DNA from: Cyanophora paradoxa CCMP329
Lineage: Eukaryota > Plantae > Glaucophyta
Length of the DNA stretch: 64,000 bases
Reading direction: 5' to 3'
Assembly: GCA_004431415.1 (NCBI GenBank)
Contig: QPMI01000162.1
Span: forward strand, 108,153-172,152
This document shows positions 58,901-64,000 of this stretch, piece by piece. A program made the translations under genes and the position numbers. Under the pieces are notes generated by a model that was not told the DNA's origin, searched no databases, and saw only the letters and a list, made by a program, of their open reading frames with translations. Numbering within the stretch: position 1 is the stretch's first letter; each line of letters begins with the position of its first letter.

Positions 58901-61900
58901 CCTCGGGCGCGCAGGTGCAGGAGGCGGCGCTGCGCACGCTCCGCTCGCAGGGCCGCGCCCTCGCCCGCGCCGCCGTGCCCGGCCCTGCCCCTCCCCCTCT
59001 TCCTTCGCTCGCTCGCGCCTGAGATGCGCGCTGGGCGGCAGGCGTGGGGGCGGCTGGGCGGGGCGGAGCGGGCGGAGGCCCTCGCCGCCGCCCTCGACGC
59101 CGGCCTCCCCGAGGCCCGCGTACCCCCTCCCCCGCCTCTCCCCTGTACCCCCGCCCCCCTCACGTCTCGCAGGAGGCGGACGCGCTCGTCGTGGCGGCCC
59201 TCGACGCCCCGCCCCCCGGTGCGACCTCCCGTGCCCGCTTCCTTTTCGAGCCGATCCGAGAGCGTTCTCACTTGAGCTTCGTCTCCGCAGAGGAGGAGGA
59301 GGAGGAGGGGTCCTCGGCCTCCCTCGCGGCCTCCCTGGCGAGGCACGCCCGCCGGGCCGCCCTCCCCGCCGCCGCCCGCGCCTCGCCGCCCTCGCCGCCG
59401 CCTGCGCCGGCCGGCCCCCGCCGCCCGCGCCGCCGCCGCCGCCTCTGCCGGTGACACCGCCCTCTCCCTCCTCCGGTGCTCCCCGTCTCTCGCCTGCAAT
59501 TCTTCTTCTCCGCCTGAATACCCCGCCGCAGGCTGCACGGCGCCGCCAGAGCCGACGTCGCAGCCGCCGCCTGCGGCGCCCTCGCGGCCCTCTCCGCCGC
59601 CGGCGCGGGCCGGCCCCGCCGAGGCGGCGGCCGCCGCCCTCCCGGCAATGCGCTCGCACGCGGCCTCGGCGGCGGTGCAGGAGGCCGGCTGCGCGCTCCT
59701 CGCGGCCGCCCTCGCCGCCCCGCGGCCCCGAGGCGCGCGACGCCCTCGCCGCCGCCGGCGCCCCGCCCTCCTCCTCGCCGCCCTCGAGCGACACGGTACC
59801 CCCGGGGCTCCCCCTCTCCATCCGCGCGCTCCCCCGGCTGACGCAGGGAGCTCAGGCGCGCGCCCCGCCGTCGCGCGCGACGCGGCCGCCGCCCTCGCCG
59901 CCCTCCCTCCGCCCCGGCCGCCCCCGCCCCGCCGCCCCCGCCTCCCGCAAGCCGCCGGCCCCGCCCCCGCCGCCCCGCCGCCTTAGCTCCCGCTTCGTCT
60001 ACCCCGGCCGCCCCGCCCCGGCGGCCCCTCCCGCCAGCAGCGACTTCGCCGATCGCGCCCTCGAGCGCCTCCTCGCGGTGCCCTTCCCCCGCCCCCGGCG
60101 ACTGCGCCCAGCCCACTGACCCACTGACGCACGCCCAAGGCTGCGGAAGAATCGCCCGACATACCCCCGCTCTCCGCCCTCGCCGGCTTCCTCGCATCGG
60201 GTACCCCCCGCGTTGCTGCTGCCCTGTCTGCTTCGCCCAGTCCGATGCCCCCGCGGCAGACTCGCTGCGCGCCTCGGGGCTGGGCCCCGCGCGGCCCGCC
60301 TTGGCCGCCTCTGCCTCGCCCGCGCCGCCCCGCCGGCCCCGCCGGCCGCCCGCGCCGCCGCCCTCGGCGCCCTCGCCGCCGCCCTGGCCCTCCCCGACGG
60401 CCCGGGGCGCTCCTGCCCGGCCCCGCCGCCGCCGAGGCCGCCACCCGCGCCGTCGAGGCGAGCGAGCCCCCGCCCCCGCCCCCGCCCCCGCGCCCCTCTG
60501 AACGCGAGGGCGGCGGCCCCGGGCTCGCAGGCGCTGGAGGAGAGAGGGGACGCCCCGCCCGAGCTCGCCCGCCCCGCCTTCACCCTCGTCGCCCAGGCGC
60601 CCCGCCCCCTTCCACTTCCCCACGCCCCCCGCCCCCGCCCCTCTCACGCCTCTCCTCAGCTCGCGGACGGGGCCGGCCTCGGCGCCCGCGCGGCGGCGGC
60701 CGTCGAGCGCGCCATGTCCGAAAAGGTGCGGTGCACTCCTATTCCGCCTCTCCACCTCTGACTCGGCGGGCGCAGGGGTGCGGGTCGGACGCGGCGGCGC
60801 TGGAGGCGGCCTGCGGCGCCCTCGCCGCCCTCGCCTTCGCCGAGGCGCGCCCCCTTTCCCTTTCCCTCCTCCCCTTCTTTCCCCGCCTTCTGAGTTCGGG
60901 CGCGCAGGGCGTGGGCGGGGAGGGGCCGGCGGCGGCGGTCGTGGCGGCGATGGAGGCGCACCCCTCCAGCGAGCCCCTCGCCGAGGCGGCCTGCGGCGCC
61001 CTCGCCGCCCTCGCCCTCGCCGGTCCGCCCCGCCCCGCACCGCCCCGCGCCTTTGGCCTCGCCGTCGCATCGAGCCGCTCGCTCACCGGATGGCAGCGCC
61101 GGGGGCCGGCCCGGCGCCGCACGGGGCGCGCGCCGCGCGGGCCCTCCTCGCGGCCCTCCGCGCCTTCCCCGCAACGCCCTCCTCCAGGTCCCCCCTGCCC
61201 TCCTCCCGCCCCCGCCTCGGCGACCCCTGAGGGCGGCGGGGGCAGCACGGGGCGGGGCGGGCGCTGGGGCGCTGTGCGGGGCGAGGCGGCGCTGGCGGCG
61301 GCGCTGGTGGAGGAGGGCGCCCTGCCCCCGCTCCTCCAGGCCCGCCGCCCCCGCCCCCGCCCCTCACAGGCTCTCTTAGGGCCCGCCGACGCGGCCGCAG
61401 ATGGCCTCGCAAGCCTCCGCGCCGCACGCCGCGCGCCTCGCGGCGCTCTTCGGCGCCGCCGCCCACGCTTCCGGCGGCCCCGCCGCCCTCGCCGCCCGCA
61501 GGCCCGCCCCCAGCCTCCCCGCCCGGACGCGCGCCTGCCCCGCACTCTGACGCTCGCCGCACAGGGCGCTGGGAACGCGGGAGGGCGTCGCCGCGCTGGC
61601 CGCCGCCCTCGCGGCCCCCGCAGCGGGGCCCGGGGCCGGGGCGAGGAGGCCGCCGACCGCGCCGCCGCCGGTGCCGCCGCCCTCCTCGCCGAGGCCCGCC
61701 CCGCCCCCTCCGCCCTTCCCCTGCCCGCCGCCGGGGCGCTGAGGGCGGGGCAGGCCCTCGCCGAGCGCTTCCCGTCGGGCCCCGCCCCGGGGCCCGAGGC
61801 CCAGGAGGCAGAGGCGCACCCGCCCCTCCCCTCTCCCGAGCCGCCCCCTCTGACGCGGGCGCAGGGGGCGCTGCGGGCGCTGGTCGGGGCCGTCGCGAGG

Positions 61901-64000
61901 CACCCGAACGCACGCGAAGCCGCCGCCGCCTTCTCCGCCGCCCTCGCCGCCCTCGCCGCCTCCCGTGCCCGCCCTCCGCTCCCGCAAATTTCTTTTCGCT
62001 TCGTCGCCTGACCCGAAGCAGCGGCGGGGACTGAGGCGGCCGCCCGCGCGGGGGCCCTCGACGCACTGGGGTGTGTACCCCCCCTCCCTCCTTCCTCCCC
62101 ACTACGAACGCCGACCGCTGCCGGCGCAGGGCGCTGTGCGGGTCGGACGCCGGCCCGCCGGCCGGCTGGCAGGCACCCCTCGCCGCGCTCCTCTCCGCCC
62201 CGGAGCCGCCCGCCTGCGGGCCCGCGCCCTCCCCGCCCTCGCCCGGCGCGCCCCTCCGCCCCGCCCCCTCCCTCGCCTCCCCTCGTTCTCACGCCGGCCT
62301 CCCCCAGGTTCCTCTCGGAGGGGTGCCGCCCGGGAGGCTGGGGCGCACGAGCGCGCGATGGCCGCCGCCGCCGCCGCCCTCCAGTCCGGTGCCCCGCCGC
62401 CCCCGCCGCCCCGCTGGCCCCCGCCCCGCCTCTTCTCGCCTTGAGCGTGGCCCTCGTTTGCCATGTGCAGAGGAGTGCGGGGAGTTCCTGCCGGCGGACG
62501 CCTGCGGGGCGCTCCTCGCCGCCGCCCTCGCCGCCCTCCGGCCCCTCGCCGACCCCAACCCCGGCCCCGGTGCCCCCCGCCCCGCCCCGCCCCCGCGAGG
62601 AGGGCGCGGGTAGAGCGGGCTGGGGGGGCGCAGGGGCGCGGAAGGCGGCGCGGGGCGTGGAAGCGGCCTGCGACCTCCTCTCCGGCCTCCTCCTCTCCGG
62701 TCCGCCCCCGCGGCCCCACGCACGCTGCGGGGCGCAAAGCTGAAAGCTGAGGGGTCCCCGGGGCTTTGGGGCGGGGCAGGGGACGAGCTGGCGGAGGGGG
62801 ACGCGGAAGACGCCGTCGCGGGCGTCCTCGCCGCCCTCCGCGCCTCCGCGAGGTCCCCGCCCCCCTCCCCCCCTCCCCTTCTTTCTTCGCCTCCCGTCTG
62901 AGGCGGGCCGGGCCGGGGGCAGCGGGTCGGGGCGGGCGCGGGCCCGCGCGGAGGCGGCCCTCCGATCCCTCTGGCTCCTCGCCACCGCCGGTGCCCCGCG
63001 CCCCGCCCCGCCCAGCCCCTTCCCGCCCCGCCCAGCCCCGCCTCACCGCGCGCAGCGAGCGGGCGGGGCGCGCTCGCTGCCGCCCACGCCGAGGTCGACC
63101 TGGTGCTCCTCCCAACGCCGCCGCGCCTCGACGCCGGGGCGAGCCGGCGGGGCGGGGCGGGGGGCAGACGCGGGCGATGGCGACGTACGCGGGGAGCGCG
63201 GGGGCGGCGCAGTACGGCTGCGCCGCCCTCTGGCACCTCTCCGCCGACGGTCCCCGCACCTCGCGCCCCGCCATCGCTTCCGCTCCTTCCTCTCTCACCG
63301 ACGCGGGGCAGAGTCGGTGCGGCGGGCGGCGGGGGCGGCCGGGGGCGTGCGGGCGGCCCTCGGGGCCCTCCTCCGCCACCCCTCAGACCCGTGCGCCCTC
63401 CCCGCCCTCCCGCCCCGCGCCCCGCGCCCCGCGCTTCGCTCCGCATTTCGTCCTCGCCGACACGCCGGGTGGGTAGGGAGGTGGCGGAGAACGCGTGCGG
63501 GGCCCTCGGCAACCTCCTCCTCTCCGGTCCCCTCTCCCCTTCTTTTCTCCCTCGCCTCCTCTCCTCTCTGAGGCGTGGCGGGGGGGCAGACGAGCTGCGG
63601 GGGGCGCTGGGGCGGGAGGGGCGGCGGGAGGCGGCGGGTGCCCTCCTCGCCGCCCTCCGCTCCTTCCCCGCGAGCCCCGCCGTCCAGGCCCGCCCGCCCC
63701 CCCGCCCCGCCCCGTTAAGCAGCCTTGATCTCGGGCCTCCTGCGGGGCGCCTGAGGGGCGGGGGCCGGCAGGGGCGGGCGGCGGCGGCGCTGGACGCGCT
63801 GCTGCTCGACGCGGAGGGGCAGGCCGCCGCCGCCGCCGCCGCGGGGGGGCCCTCCCCGCCCTCGCCGCCGCCCTCGCCGCACACAGGTCCGCCCATCCAG
63901 GCCGCGCGTTCCTCTCGGCCCCCTCTGACTTCGTTCGCAGCGGGGAGGACGCGGAGCTCGCGGAGCGCGCCGCCGCCGCCGCCTCCAAACTCGCGCGCCC
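55969..64000 (+). CDS. U-box + armadillo-repeat E3 ubiquitin ligase-like protein (3' end beyond window)
   Basis: APEELCEP...VPMRDPVVMPS|GETYDRATIL..GEDPSTGEKV...LTTNKAVARAVGKW fits a U-box. ARM-like units AAMEAHPSSEPLAEAACGALAALA, AMATYAGSAGAAQYGCAALWHLS, VAENACGALGNLL. Confidence 0.82.

Noticed and set aside
59268-63896. Long minus-strand ORFs (600, 748, 535 aa)
   Set aside because: Arg/Gly/Ala-rich antisense frames over the U-box/ARM gene.
1-64000. tRNA/rRNA genes
   Set aside because: None recognised by eye; tRNAscan-SE/Infernal would be needed to exclude them.

Overview
Eukaryotic, very GC-rich, intron-dense genomic DNA from an alga or protist. The style resembles a glaucophyte such as Cyanophora, but that is only a guess. 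Most ORF-track entries are GC-driven artefacts, so genes were rebuilt by hand across ~60-250 nt GT-AG and GC-AG introns. Left arm: membrane-anchored class I cyclic-nucleotide phosphodiesterase (+), serine acetyltransferase (-), PLAC8 protein (-), SET/MYND methyltransferase (-), degenerate HtrA-like/PDZ membrane protein (+), DUF4062-NACHT ATPase (-) and an apparently truncated SAM methyltransferase (+). A lower-GC island (~26.8-44.2 kb) holds a single-pass surface-protein gene, two families of poly(A)-tailed retroelements and a TA-flanked MITE. Family B carries an L1/Tx1-type RT and a 2.1-kb second copy of its own 3' end joined to the truncation point. Family A has two 5'-truncated copies. Right arm: a giant low-complexity protein with Sfi1-like Trp repeats (-) and a U-box/ARM E3 ligase (+, runs off the window). 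Most notable signals: (1) both retroelement families encode long Pro/Ser/Arg-rich C-terminal tails sharing an identical 10-aa motif written with mostly different synonymous codons; (2) intergenic DNA is built from chains of overlapping 6-bp palindromes. Many 1-bp homopolymer indels suggest long-read error, so frameshifts are not taken as proof of pseudogenes.
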